Below, one piece after another: positions 13,105 to 25,335 of a stretch of DNA of 64,000 bases. Numbering within the stretch: the stretch's first letter is position 1; every line of letters starts with the position of its first letter. The stretch is taken from NCBI GenBank assembly GCA_024679065.1, contig JAGIQG010000001.1, positions 117,924,001 through 117,988,000 of the forward strand, read 5' to 3'. Position numbers and translations under genes: made by a program. The DNA comes from Sphyrna mokarran (lineage: Eukaryota). The notes beneath the pieces were generated by a model, which saw only the letters and a program-made list of their open reading frames with translations, did not search any database and had not been told where the DNA came from.

Positions 13105-13124
13105 TGTGGTGAAGTACAGTGGTT
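13105..13124 (-). promoter_or_regulatory. Candidate RNA-duplex arm (3' arm), complementary to 16231-16253
   Basis: tgtggtgaagtacagt (13105-13120) is the exact reverse complement of actgtacttcaccaca (16238-16253). Confidence 0.5.
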
Positions 13125-13415
13125 ATTGTTGCTGAACATTTAAAAGCAGGACAGACAATCCAGAGAAGTGCATTTTGCTGAAATTTGTAAACAAATCCAG
13201 CATAAAATAGATTCCACTCCTCAAGGGAAACAAAATTTGATAGCTTGAATTTAAAAGTTCAAATATGATTTGTGAGAAATCTTATTTTGTGCATATTAGG
13301 TTTTGTGAAATAAGTCACTTTAGTAGTTTCTGTAATTGTAATTTAATATAAGCTGATCACTTTATTTTTCTACGTTGAACATGGAGGAACTCTGCAGTGA
13401 CACAATCTTAAATTG

Positions 13416-13486
13416 ACTGGAATTTTCTGACCCTTCCTGTTGACAGAGAACTCGCTGTGGGTAGGGTGGGCTAGAAAATTCCAGCC
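13416..13486. repeat. Short MITE-like inverted repeat
   Basis: ctggaattttct ... agaaaattccag. Confidence 0.5.
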
Positions 13487-13719
13487 AATATGCTTTTTAT
13501 TTTAAGTACAGTGTTTACACTTACTTCATTATTCCAATACAAAAAATAAATGCCCATTGATATCCATAAAATAACACAATTCCCTTAGGTGTAGACCTAA
13601 CCTGGCACAATTTGCATACATTTAATTAATCTGCATAGGACAAAAAAAATGAACTTTGTAAAAAAGATTTTATATACTTAGCACAAGAAAATAATCTTCA
13701 TCATAAATATTCAGTTCAT

Positions 13720-13870
13720 TGATGCTGGATCAAAATCTTGGAGCTCCCTACCTAACAGTACTGTGGCACTGCTCAGTACAAATGGTGGTGGCTCACTATC
13801 ACCTTCTTAAGGCACTAGGTGCTGTCCTGACCCACATTTGATGCCCTAATCAAATGAATGAATAAAAAAA
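13720..13870 (+). repeat. LINE/SINE 3' tail fragment (same tail family as 28110-28390 and 40380-40920)
   Basis: gctggatcaaaatcttggagctccctacctaacag ... aatgaatgaataaaaaaa. Confidence 0.55.
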
Positions 13871-14161
13871 CACTCCTGTTTGTTGAAAAGTCTGTCTACA
13901 TTTTGATTGCCTTCCTTTCTCTTTTTGGGCTCTTGCTATTTATTTCCCTTCCATTTATCTCATTAGTTGAAGTAAAATTTGATTTTTATCTGCCTCCTCC
14001 TGGCTTCATCTTTGCCTACTGCTGGACTGCTTGGCATTGTCTCTTCAAAATTACTGCATTGTATAATAAATGCATTTTTGACAGTGTACTTTTACTTAAA
14101 CACTAGCTCCAACATGACCTTAAACTCCCACCTAGCTGTCTCCATGGGCCTTGCTTTAAAT

Positions 14162-14590
14162 TACAGAATCACAGAATTGTTCTGGCACAGAGGGAGACCA
14201 TTTGGCCCATCGTATGTGCACCGCGTCTTTGAATGAGCAGTCACTGAGTATCATTATCTTGCTTCTCCTGATAAACCTGCACATTCATTCTTGTTAGAGA
14301 CGGTTTAATTCGCTTTTCAATGCTTCAGTTAAATCCACCTCCACCACACTCTCAGGAAATATATTCCAGACCCTAACCACTTGCTGCATCAAAAAACTTC
14401 CTTTCGTAACAGTTGCCTTTTTTATTCACTAATTACTTTAAATCTGTGACCTCTCAGTCTTGACATTTTCATGAAATGGGAACAATTTCCTTCCTATTTA
14501 CTCTGATAGATTTCTCATGATTTTGAATGTCTTTCTTTTCTCCAAGGAAAACATTATAACTGAAGTTCCTTATCCTGCGAGTCATTCTCG
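14162..14590 (-). mobile_element. Old CR1 LINE 3' fragment
   Basis: The tail (acagaatcacagaattg...ccatttggcccatcg) is followed by decayed C-terminal ORF2 sequence in antisense. Confidence 0.65.
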
Positions 14591-16230
14591 TTAATATTTT
14601 TTGGATGATGTTAAGATATTTTACCCCATCCCTTGCTTAATGACTATGCTTGAAATGACCCCATCCATAGCAGTCTGTTCGGAGTGGGTGGGGATGGCGG
14701 GGGGAGTTCTGTCAGAGGATCAATCCTTTTGTCGGGGTAATGCCTATGGAAAGAAGTTGAGGTTGGGAGCGACCCCATGAGGTTGGAGAGGACTCTGGTG
14801 ATTTGACGATGTTTATGTGTGTGTGCGCGTATGTGGGGTGGGGTGCATCCCATGAAGTCAATGTGAACTGCCTAATAGTTACCCAGAAGTGGTTTCAATC
14901 TTTCAAACATTTTCTGAGTAACTATTCACATCACATTTGGAACCATTCTGCTCCTGTTTTCTCTATTTTTCACCATGGTCTCCTGTAATCATTGCATTAG
15001 TTGATACTCTGACAAGCCCTTGCTCAGTGCAGTAGCCATGGGGTTAACTCAAAAGCTGTGAGCATAAACACCGATTCAGGCAAAAAATCTCGTGAAAGTC
15101 AGGAAACGAGATCCTTGCCAGTAGTGTCCAATTTTCCCCGCCCTTCTCTGCTGACGTAGTGAAATTCCCAGTATTTGTGGGCGGGAACCACATTTAAAAA
15201 CATTTTAATTAATTTACATATTATTAAAGGGCCTGTATACCACATGATCTCCCCACATTGTGTCATATCAGTGAGGTTCACAACAGCATTATGAAAATTG
15301 GTAACAATTGAGGGGATCCTGCTGGATGCGCCAAGCTCAGTAGGGGGAGACATACCTGGGCATTGCCCTGACACTGCCCTCTGGCGCAGGTTGGTACAAG
15401 CAGTGTCACACTATGCCAGGGGGCAGTGACAGGGATATGCCATCTGGGCAGCCCAATTTGATTAGGAGGAGGAGAATGTTTCCGTAATGTGTACGAGGAA
15501 ATATTGTATATGTGTTTGTCCATTGCATCCATGAAGCACGATCAGATATTTTATATTAATGCAAGTTCTTGTTATTGAAATAGCATGAATGCATTTAGTA
15601 GTGCAGTTACCTCAAGAAATGACTTTTCTCTACATTTCCAAAAGCATACTACAGTACTAGACTGCAAAATATTAACAGTTGGTGAAAACACAGGAGATTA
15701 TTTCTCCAGGCCAAAAGTTTGCACCTAATGTACACTACCACTTTGGTATTGGAGTTACTGACTTTCCCTGACATTGGGCATTGTTTGCGACTAGAAACTG
15801 TAACTATATTTTTAAAACAATGGCATGTGTGCAATATTGAATATGACAGTTACTGCACTTCCTATTGGTATTTGCAATGTACATTGCTGTGTGGACAGGT
15901 CAGACCCTGGCTTTGGTAGCCTTGGCACATTGTGGAACAAATTGGGTAGGTATGATTCTCACATAAATACACTATTACGTTAAATGTATTACTGTTATCA
16001 TAACTTCACATACTAGCCTTCAATCAAAGCAAATGTGGAGAACTGTGTGATTGTAAAGGCATTCAAAACACGATAGCACACAGTGTGTTAAAATCTCAAA
16101 GGACAATTATATGTTTAGTATTTTGGAATGCTTCAAAACTAACCCTAGCAATATCCTTAAAGTAGAATATTTCAAAAGATGGTGTTGGGTATTGTTGCTG
16201 TTCATTTGTGTATTCAGATTTAATATGGAA

Positions 16231-16253
16231 AACCAAAACTGTACTTCACCACA
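16231..16253 (-). promoter_or_regulatory. Candidate RNA-duplex arm (5' arm), complementary to 13105-13124
   Basis: 16-nt perfect complement plus GGUU/AACC after a 3-nt bulge. Confidence 0.5.
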
Positions 16254-16639
16254 CCAGCTGAAATCCTGATATTGGAACACTTAAATATAATGCAACTAAA
16301 TGTCAAGGGAGACATGAAAGAGGCATGTCTCCTGCTCATCAAAGAGCATGAAAGAGAAATATGAAAAAAATGAAAGTATTTCACAATGAGCGCAAAAGGC
16401 ACAGCAGGACTATAAGGGATGTCAAAGGAAAATGGATGCTTAGATGATACACTGATTATTTAGTTATTAATGCTTTACTTAAGCTAAGTAAAATACTAGT
16501 ATTTTTAATGAATTAAAGAGTTGTAAACAGAATTAGTGTTATTTCTACAAGCATTAGTAACAGGTTGTTAAATTATTTTAGATTTCATACTCTAATGCTA
16601 TCTTAATACTTATATTTTATAGATAAAAAATATTCTTAC

Positions 16640-16661
16640 ATTTATCTTGAATTCCAGTCAC
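16640..16661 (-). CDS. ANK2: ANK2 22-nt microexon (VTGIQDK+1 nt), phase 0-1
   Basis: Strong acceptor ttttctacctttattattttacag and donor |gtaaga. It supplies exactly the 0-to-1 phase change needed, at the position of human IDMTSEK(N). Confidence 0.88.
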
Positions 16662-18597
16662 CTGTAAAATAATAAAGGTAGAAAATAAATACATGGTATA
16701 TTTCATCAGCTGAAACTGGTTATGATTACCAGAAACACTGGAAGGACTTCTGTGTAGACCCCCATACTTCCCAGTTTCCTGTCTCATGCACTGGGAAAGC
16801 ATAAAATTGAGGTTAAATACTTCCTCAGAGGCAGGAATTTAAGCTGGGGAGAGGGTCTTCCTTGGAAGTGACTCATTAAGTGACTCATGACTACTATCAT
16901 TGTACCAAAGACAGAGGCCTGAATTTTCATGCAACGATCTAGTTGTGAAGACCACCAGACATAAGACCACCAGGGTGGGGAATCGAAGAGAGGGGAGGTT
17001 CTAAATTGCACAGTGTGTTTCTTGGAGGCAGCTGACCCTATAAATCAGCAGTTGCCTCCATTCATGTGTGTTTTGGTGAAGTTAGTAACTGGAATCAGAT
17101 ATTACAATTCTGACATGGTACAAGCATGTCTGATACTCATGGATTCTTTGTATAACCAAAATATCATTTGAGATGTAAGGTGCCCTTTGGGAGGGGTATG
17201 ATGCCCTTTGTGGGAGGCCAAGTGAAGAGTAGGCATAAATGTGTGCCAAAAGTGCAAACATTCAGTGGAACTGGCAATTATTTAATTAGTTGATAATCAA
17301 GCTATCAAAGGATTGTTAGAAATGTCAAAAAACTGTAAGTTTGTTAGAGAACTGTTAAGACTGTCAATAAACTGTCAAGTCATCAAACGATGATCAAAAA
17401 TCACCAAAACTATAAAACTGTCAAGGGATTTAACTATGGTAGATTTTTAATTTTAAAAATGCAGAAAAAAGTTTATTTCCATAAAAGGGATTAAAAAATT
17501 AAGTGATTTTTTTTTACATGACAGTTCAGCTGAATGAATTTCAATATATTTAATGCCTTTTATCAAAACGTTTTTTTTAAAAAAGGTGACATCTCCATCT
17601 TAATTCTTTCGCAATGATGTCAGTGGATGCAGGACAACTTGCCTCCATACGTTGCAGCCTTTACACATATTACTGTCTGCACTCCCTTCCATGCACCTGC
17701 CCCACCCCTTCCTCCACCACATCCCACTCATGACCCTCTCACCTCAACACCAGAACAAAAAAATCTGACCTTCCAGGTCTCTTTCTCCTGATCGGTTTGA
17801 GAGACCAAGAAATTTCCCAACTCTGTGCACCTGACCCAGAGCATTAGTCTGGGCCAGAGTGTTGATAATACTTTTTGATGTATCCCAATGTTTTCACCTG
17901 TAGATATTAGACCTTAATTTATATGTGCAAAACAACAACTGTAAAATCTAATAGCAACAACAGTATGTAAACATATGTACCTTAATCACAACAGGCAAAA
18001 AAAATTCTTAACAGCCAGTGATAATAAACTAATCATAATCATTAAAATAATATGCATGAGTTATTACAAGGCCAGGAAATGTACCATTTTAATTGTTATG
18101 CACTTCTATGGTGTGGTCTAGTAGTCTCTTTATTTTCTAGCTACTTTTGTGTTTAATGAATGAGATTAACAGGACAATGGATATACTTAGGCATTCTGAA
18201 TGCAATGTTTTGCCTTTGCCGCCCCGTCCTCCTCTTTTACCTTTTTAGCCATTGAAATATTTATTGATATCTTTACCTTGAAGTAACCCATGGAGAGTCA
18301 TTCCTGGATCATTTTATGCACTTCATTGCTTTGTTCATAGCAACTGTTTCTCCAAGACTCAATTACTCCAATGCTGTATTTGCTGGCATCCTGTACAATT
18401 TCCAAATGCTCTAGTTGTCTATTGCCTATTCTTGTAACTTATTCTGCACAGCTTCCTGACACTGCCATCCTCTTTGATCTTTACTAGGAGTGGGGAATGT
18501 TGTCTGTGCAGGATTGACTGTCATGGATCAATAGCAGGGAATGATGTTGGATAAAAGTTTTGCCTCAATTACTTCTAATAGTTAGAAACCATGGCTA

Positions 18598-18725
18598 GGA
18601 TTTTCTAGTCTCAGTAGTGGCAGGCATTGTCACAGGCATGATGGAAAAATTGATACAACAGTCATTCTCCAAATTTTCCTGACCAATTTGTGATGATGCC
18701 TGCCACTATTGGGACTGGAAAATCC
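18598..18725. mobile_element. Palindromic MITE-like element with 37-bp arms
   Basis: ggattttctagtctcagtagtggcaggcattgtcaca versus tgtgatgatgcctgccactattgggactggaaaatcc; about 5 transition mismatches. Confidence 0.7.
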
Positions 18726-18871
18726 CATTCTACATTCCTTCAAGATTTAAAGGGTGACCCAAGGGAAATAAATTGACTAGTTTGCGGAATGTTGTAATTT
18801 GCATCGTACTTTGGATTGATACTCCTCTCAGACTCATGCAGGTGAAATTTCTGTGGAGGTTCTCCACAGAA

Positions 18872-19080
18872 TAGAATCCCTATAGTGCAGGAGGTCATTC
18901 AGCCCATTAAGTCTGCACCGAACACAATCCCATTCAGGCCCTATTCCTATAACCCCACATATTTACTCTGCTAATCCTCTGATACTAGGGTCAATTTTAG
19001 CATAGCCAATCAAGCTAACTTGCATATTCTTTGGAGTGTGGGAGGAAACTGGAACACCTGGAGGAAACCCATGCAGACAT
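18872..19080 (-). mobile_element. V-SINE/HE1-like SINE, 5'-truncated
   Basis: Core tgtgggaggaaactggaacacctggaggaaacccatgcagaca plus a CR1-type tail. Confidence 0.75.
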
Positions 19081-19380
19081 TTCTCTACTTCTTCCTTGAG
19101 TTTCTATCAAGGAGAATTGGGAACCTTTGTGAAATCTTCACACTTGCATTTCAAGACAGTCCAATAGAACAGCAGATAGGCACAGCATCGGGCACCTCAT
19201 CTTGCCATCCCTGGGATGAGGTAGAGGGAGGGGTGCTTCAAAGAGGTTGGTTGGTAATCTAACATATAGGCAAGCAGATCTCTTTTAAGATGATGATCAG
19301 CTCTGACTTAGACAGATGGTTAAATTCTAAAAAGAAAAGACAATCCAAGAAAAGTAGATGTTTTCAGTCCATTCAAGTGT

Positions 19381-19806
19381 TAGAACATAGAACATAGAAC
19401 ATTACAGCACAGAACAGGCCCTTCGGCCTTCGATGTTGCGCCGACCAATATAAAAAGCAATGCCCCTCCAAACTAAACCATTCCCTTCTCTTCCATATAC
19501 TTATCAACTAACCTCTTAAACGCCACCAAACTTGTCGCATCTACAACCGCTGCAGGCAGGGCATTCCACTCCCGAACCACCCTTTGGGTAAAGAACCTGC
19601 CTCTGATATCCGTCCTATAACTATCACCCCTTAATTTAAAGCTGTGTCCCCTCGTGCTAGCTTTTTCCATCCTAGAAAAAAGGCTATCACTATCCACCCT
19701 ATCTATACCTCTAATCATCTTATATGTTTCGATTAGGTCCCCTCTTAGCCGCCTCCTTTCTAACGAATACAACCTCAAATCCCTCAGCCTCTCCTCATAA
19801 GACCTG
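19381..19806 (-). mobile_element. Young CR1 LINE, 3' fragment (copy 1)
   Basis: ORF2 C-terminus LERRRLRGDLIETYKMIRG...REWNALP, 3' hairpin and (TAGAACA)n tail on the + strand. Confidence 0.93.
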
Positions 19807-20132
19807 TTGTCTTATAATAACACTGTTGTACAGTGTTATTTGATTGGAACACATTTTGGATTTGGCAATTGTGCTCCATGCCTTCAGTAAGAAGTGCAAC
19901 TATTTTGATGGTAAGCTAATGAAACAGAGCTTTCAGTGAACAATGAGCTTGTAACTTTTCTTTGGAGAAAGGAAAAGCAGGACATGTGTGGAACCAAACC
20001 AGAAGTGTAGAGTGAAATAGAAATAAAGGGGCAAAAATGAACAGATAGAACATAGAACATCACAGCACAGAACAGACCCTTCGGCCTTCGATGTTGCGCC
20101 AACCAATTAAGAAAAAGCAATGACCCTCTAAC

Positions 20133-22977
20133 CTAAACCATTCCCTTTTCGTCCATAAACTTATCTACTAACCTCTTAAACGCCACCAAACTTGGCGCAT
20201 CTACAACTGCAGCAGGCAGGGCATCCCATACCCTTACCACCCTCTGGGTAAAGAACCTACCTCTGACATCCGTCCTATAACTACCACCCCTTAATTTAAA
20301 GCTATGTCCCCTCGTGCTAGCTTTCTCCATCCTAGGAAAAAGGCTATCACTGTCCACCCTACCTAAACCTCTAATCATCTTATATGTTTCGATTAGGTCC
20401 CCTCTTAGCCGCCTCCTTTCTAACGAAAACAACCTCAAATCCCTCAGCCTCTCTTCATAAGACCTGCCCTCCATACCAGGCAACATCATGGTAAACCTCC
20501 TCTGTACCCTCTCCAATGCCTCCACATCTTTCTTATAATGCGGGGACCAGAACTGTACACAATACTCCAAGTGCAGCCGCACTAGAGTTTTGTACAGTTG
20601 CAACATGACGTTGTGGCTCCGAAATTCAATCCACCTACCAATAAAAGCTAAGACTCCGTATGCCTTCTTAACAATCTTATCGACTTGATTGCCAACTTTC
20701 AGGGATCTATTAGCATATACAACAAGATCCCTCTGTTCTTCAACACTATTAAGAATCCTACCATTAGCCCTATACTCTACACATTTGTTATTCCTGCCAA
20801 AGTGAATTACATCACACTTTTCCACATTAAACTCCATTTGCCACCTCTCGGCCCAGCTCTGCAACTTGTCCAAGTCTCTCTGCAAACTAGAACACCCCTC
20901 TTCACTATCTACCACTCCTCCGACTTTGGTGTCATTCGCAAATTTACTAATCCATCCTTCAATACCCTCATCCAGATCATTTATAAAAATTACAAACAGC
21001 AAGGGCCCCAAAACAGATCCCTGAGGTACACCACTTGTAACCGAACTCCATGATGAATAATTTCCATCAACCACCACCTTCTGTCTTCTATCAGCTAGCC
21101 GATTCCTCATCCAATTAGCTAAATCACCCTCAATCCCATGCATCTGCATTTTCTGCAGAAGCCTTCCATGGGGCACCTTATCGAACACCTTACTAAAGTA
21201 TATACCACATCAACTGCCTTACCCCCCATCAACCTCTTTGGTCACTTTTTCAAAAAACTCAATAAGGTTAGTAAGGCACGACCTACCCTTCACAAAACCA
21301 TGCTGACTATCCCCAATCAATTCATTTCTCTCTAACTATAAATCCTATCCCTAATAATTCTTTCCAATACTTTGCCCACAACAGAAGTAAGACTCACCGG
21401 TCTATAATTCCCAGGAAAGTCTCTATCCCCCTTCTTGAACAATGGGACCACATTCGCTATCCTCCAGTCTTCCGGCACTATACCCGTAACCAACGACGAC
21501 CTGAAGATCAGAGCCAGAGGCTCTGGCAATCGCCTCTCTCACCTCCCAGAGAATCCTAGGGTAAATCCCGTCCGGCCCAGGGGACTTATCTAACTTCAAA
21601 CCCTCAAGAATATCTAGCACATCCTCCTTATCTACTTCAATACTTTCCAGTTTGCAGCCCTGTATCCCAGTGTTCTCCACAACTACATTTACATCTCCCT
21701 GCGTGAATACCGAAGAGAAATATTTGTTCAGTGCCTCTCAATCTCTTCAGGCTCCACGCACAACTTCCCACTACTGTCTATGACTGGCCCTAATCTTGCC
21801 CTAACCAATCTTCTATTCTTAACATATCTAAAGAAAGCTTTAGGATTCTCCTTGATCCTATCAGCCAAAGTCTTCTTGTGTCCCCTTTTAGCTCTCCTCA
21901 ACTCGCTCTTTAGCTCACTCCTGGCTAATCTATAGCTATCCATTGCACTAACTGAGCCTTCAAGCCTCATCCTGACATAAGCCTCCTTTTTCCTTTTAAC
22001 CAGCGAATTAACTTTTTAGTACACCATGGTTCCCTTACTCGACCATTTCCTCCTTGCCTGACAGGGACATACTTATTAAGGACTCGCAGTAGCTGCTCCT
22101 TGAATAAGCTCCACATTTCAGATGTTCCCAGTCCCTGTAGTTTCCTAGTCCAACCTATGCCCCCTAATTCCCTCCTTATGGCCTCATAATTACCATTCCC
22201 CCAGCTAGAACTACTGCCCCCAGCTTCATGCCTATCCCTATCCATCACTAAGGTGAACATAACCGAATTGTGTTCACTATCACCAAAATGTTCACCAACT
22301 TCCAAGCCTAACACCTGGTCTGGCTCATTGCCCAGCACCAAATCCAATGTAGCCTCACCTCTATTTGGCCTATCTACATACTGAGTCAAAAAATCTTCCT
22401 GCACACTCTGTACGAAAACTGACCCCTCTAACGAGCTAGAGCTATAGCTATTCCAATCAATATTAGCAAAGTTACAGTCCCCCATCACAATTACCCTACT
22501 ACTTTCACTCCTAATCAGAATTGACTTCGCAATCCTTTCCTCAACCTCTCTAGAACTATTAGGAGGTCTGTAAAAGACTCCCAACAGGGTGCCCTCTCCT
22601 CTCCTGTTTCTAATCTCAGCCCATACTACCTCAACAGACAAGTCCTCATCAAACTTCTTTTCTATCACCGTGATACAGTCTTTGACCAATAACGCCACTC
22701 CTCCCCCCCTTCTTCCTCCTTCTCTACTCCGACTAAAGCATTTGTACCCCGGAACCTGCAACATCCATTCCTGTCCCTGCTCTACCCAAGTCTCTGAAAT
22801 GGCCACAACATCGAAGTTCCAGGTACTGGTCCAAGCTGCAAGTTCCTCCACCTTATTGAGAATACTTCTTGCATTAAAGTATACGCATTTCAAACCATGC
22901 CCTACTCCACCCGTACGCTGCTGTGCTTTCCAGTTCTCATCTATGACCTCCCTATTCTCGTCCCTCTTAACATCCAA
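20133..22977 (-). pseudogene. CR1 ORF2 (AP endonuclease + reverse transcriptase), disrupted
   Basis: YFNARS, AISETW, GVFYRPP, MGDCN, SEH (endonuclease); NYRPVSLT, GVPQGSVLGP (RT). The catalytic FADD motif is changed to FAND and the frame is broken into several pieces. Confidence 0.92.
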
Positions 22978-23006
22978 ACTACTCAGGATCCCACCCCCTC
23001 TCTGAA

Positions 23007-23354
23007 TCAGTTTAAACCCCCCTGCTTAGCCTTTTCAAATTTTCCCCCCAAGATATTGGTTCCCGTCTGGTTCAGGTGTAAACCATCTCTCTTGTAGAGG
23101 TCCCACCTACCCCAGAATGAGCCCCAATTGTTCAAGAACCTGAACCCCTCCCTCCTGCACCATCCCCGCAGCCACAAGTTCAAACATTCCCTCTCTCTGT
23201 TCTTCTCTAAACTATCCCGTGGCACAGGCAAGAGTCCAGAGATAACCACTTTGTCTGTTTTGGCCCTAAGCTTCCACCCCAACTCCATAAATTTCTGTTT
23301 AATATCCCCTTCCCTTGTCCTATCTACATCATGTGTCCCTACATGAACTATGAC
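23007..23354 (-). pseudogene. CR1 ORF1 C-terminal SGNH/GDSL esterase-like domain fragment
   Basis: VIVHVGTHD, VVISGLLPVP, DGLHLN motifs, typical of the CR1 ORF1 esterase. Confidence 0.85.
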
Positions 23355-25059
23355 ACAATTGGCTTACCAATGGCTCAGAAAAGTTTCGAGAAGCCAGAAG
23401 GAGTATCTGTGCTTCACTTGCTCTCATAAAATCAGCATCAGAGGCCTTCTCCCATATTTTCCGAAGTGATTTTTAGCTGCCTGACTAAAGGCCCTTGATT
23501 AGATTGTTTTACAACAAGTATCTTTAAGTTGAATGAATATGCTCGACCTATAGATATCTGATATTGGTCTCCCACATGCATGTTACATACAGATTCCTGA
23601 CTGAAAAAGGCTAATCATGTCCATGGTGTGTCAGAATAGTAGGCAATGAGCCAGAAATGAGATTGGGACAGTAAACTCGGCTATGCAATTTTCAATGCTA
23701 CCAGCCAGTAAGGTGAAGTTATTTTAGCATTCTACGTTTGACATTATGGTAAGTCATTTAAACTTGCAAGCTACACCATAATTCATTGGACATTACAATC
23801 TATTAAATGAACTCATGACAATAAATCCTTTTCAAGTATCTATAAAACTGTGCTCAAACTTCAGCTTAGGATCATTTCCTCTCCTGAGGATGGATTATTA
23901 GCAATCCCTCTGCTGTAATGTTGCCATAATTCGGTTGTGAATGCAGAGGGTGAGTGCAAAATTTGGTTGGGATCTGGTCACAGCCTTCCATAGAGGTTAA
24001 GTGACCTTATGAGGGTTAGACCATTATAAAAGAGGTTGAGATGAGGTTAATGAGGGACATTACAAAATGGTGGGAAATTGGGAACGGGGAGGGGGGGGGG
24101 GCACATGGGCACTGCAGGCACCTTCCTGATGGAGAAGCCATATACTTCCAGAACATAAACTGTCTAATGTATTTGTCAGCATCCTGAAATAGACAGATGC
24201 CGAAAATGTTGAAAGGCATCACTGGTGAGTGCACCTCCCTGAGATATATAAATTCGGCAACCCCGCTTCCTTCCCCTCACCCAACCCAGCAGGGTCAACA
24301 GCTGACTACCCGACTGTGCTGTGTTCTGTTAAGATCATTTTCTTTCTCTGCCAAAACATCATCCACTGTTGTGCCCTCCCTTATCTACCAAAATCATATC
24401 CACGTGCCTTATTACCCAAGGTTTGATTTCTTCTTCGTCACTACCTCCTGCTATAATTTATACAAAATCCAGTGTATACTTTCAGCCCTGCACCAAGACT
24501 TGCATTAGCCATGTTGGTAACAAGCTACAAAATTTCACATACCCTGGAGAAAAGAATGTTGTGCTCACCTTCAGATTTTCTCAATGCCCTTGCCTAACAA
24601 TGCCTCACTGCTTTGTTCAGCTGTACGTCATTCAGTGCATCATTTTCTTCCACTTGACTTTCCCTGCTCACTTTTAGCCATTAATATGTTTCCTGATCAC
24701 TGGTACCCTTTCCTTCGATAATTCCATTTTTTCACTTAACTCTTCATGCAAGTGCTTGAGCGGCCTTTCACCTCACAATGTTTTTGATCTCAATCCTTTC
24801 TTCCTAAGTCCTGATTGGTGACCAGTATTTGTTGATCACTTGTAAAGTGTTCTACATGTATAGAGTGCTACAGAATAGTAAATTGTTGTTGTAAGTACCT
24901 ATCAGTAAAAGTACACACAGTGGTAATGCTTGCCTCCTTTAAGATTGAATATATTGGCCAATTCTCAACATATCAATCCAATAACCAGATGAATTATACA
25001 GATCAGGAAAAGCCATGGTTGGCTTCCATGTTGTGTTGAGTTAGTTTCAAAATAGTTGG

Positions 25060-25335
25060 TTTCAAAATAAGATGCCTCCCATTTAAGACAGAAATGAGGA
25101 GGAAGCTATTCTCTTGAAGGATTATGCCTTTGAAATTGTTCTATACAGCAGTGGAGACTGAATCATTGAGTATTTTCAAGGTTGAAATTAACAGATTTTT
25201 GATCTGCAAGGAAGTCAAGGTTTGCAGGGCCAGGCAGAAAAGAGGAGATAAGAATCAGATCAGCCATACTCTCAGTAAATGGCAGAGCTGACTCGAGAAG
25301 CCAAATGGCCTTCTGCTGACCCTATTTTTTACGTG
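25060..25335 (+). mobile_element. Old CR1 3' fragment
   Basis: ccatttaagacagaaatgaggagg ... tcagatcagccat ... gaagccaaatggcct. Confidence 0.7.

Larger units (their letters stand above)
20046..23354 (-). mobile_element. Young CR1 LINE, 5'-truncated within ORF1 (copy 2)
   Basis: Order is ORF1 esterase, AP endonuclease, RT, then tail; frameshifts and an internal deletion near 21334. Confidence 0.95.

Noticed and set aside
16245-16281. Possible 16-25 nt microexons near the 5' duplex arm
   Set aside because: The donors are weak (gugugg, gugaag, guacag), and the phase-converting role is already filled by the much better exon at 16640-16661.
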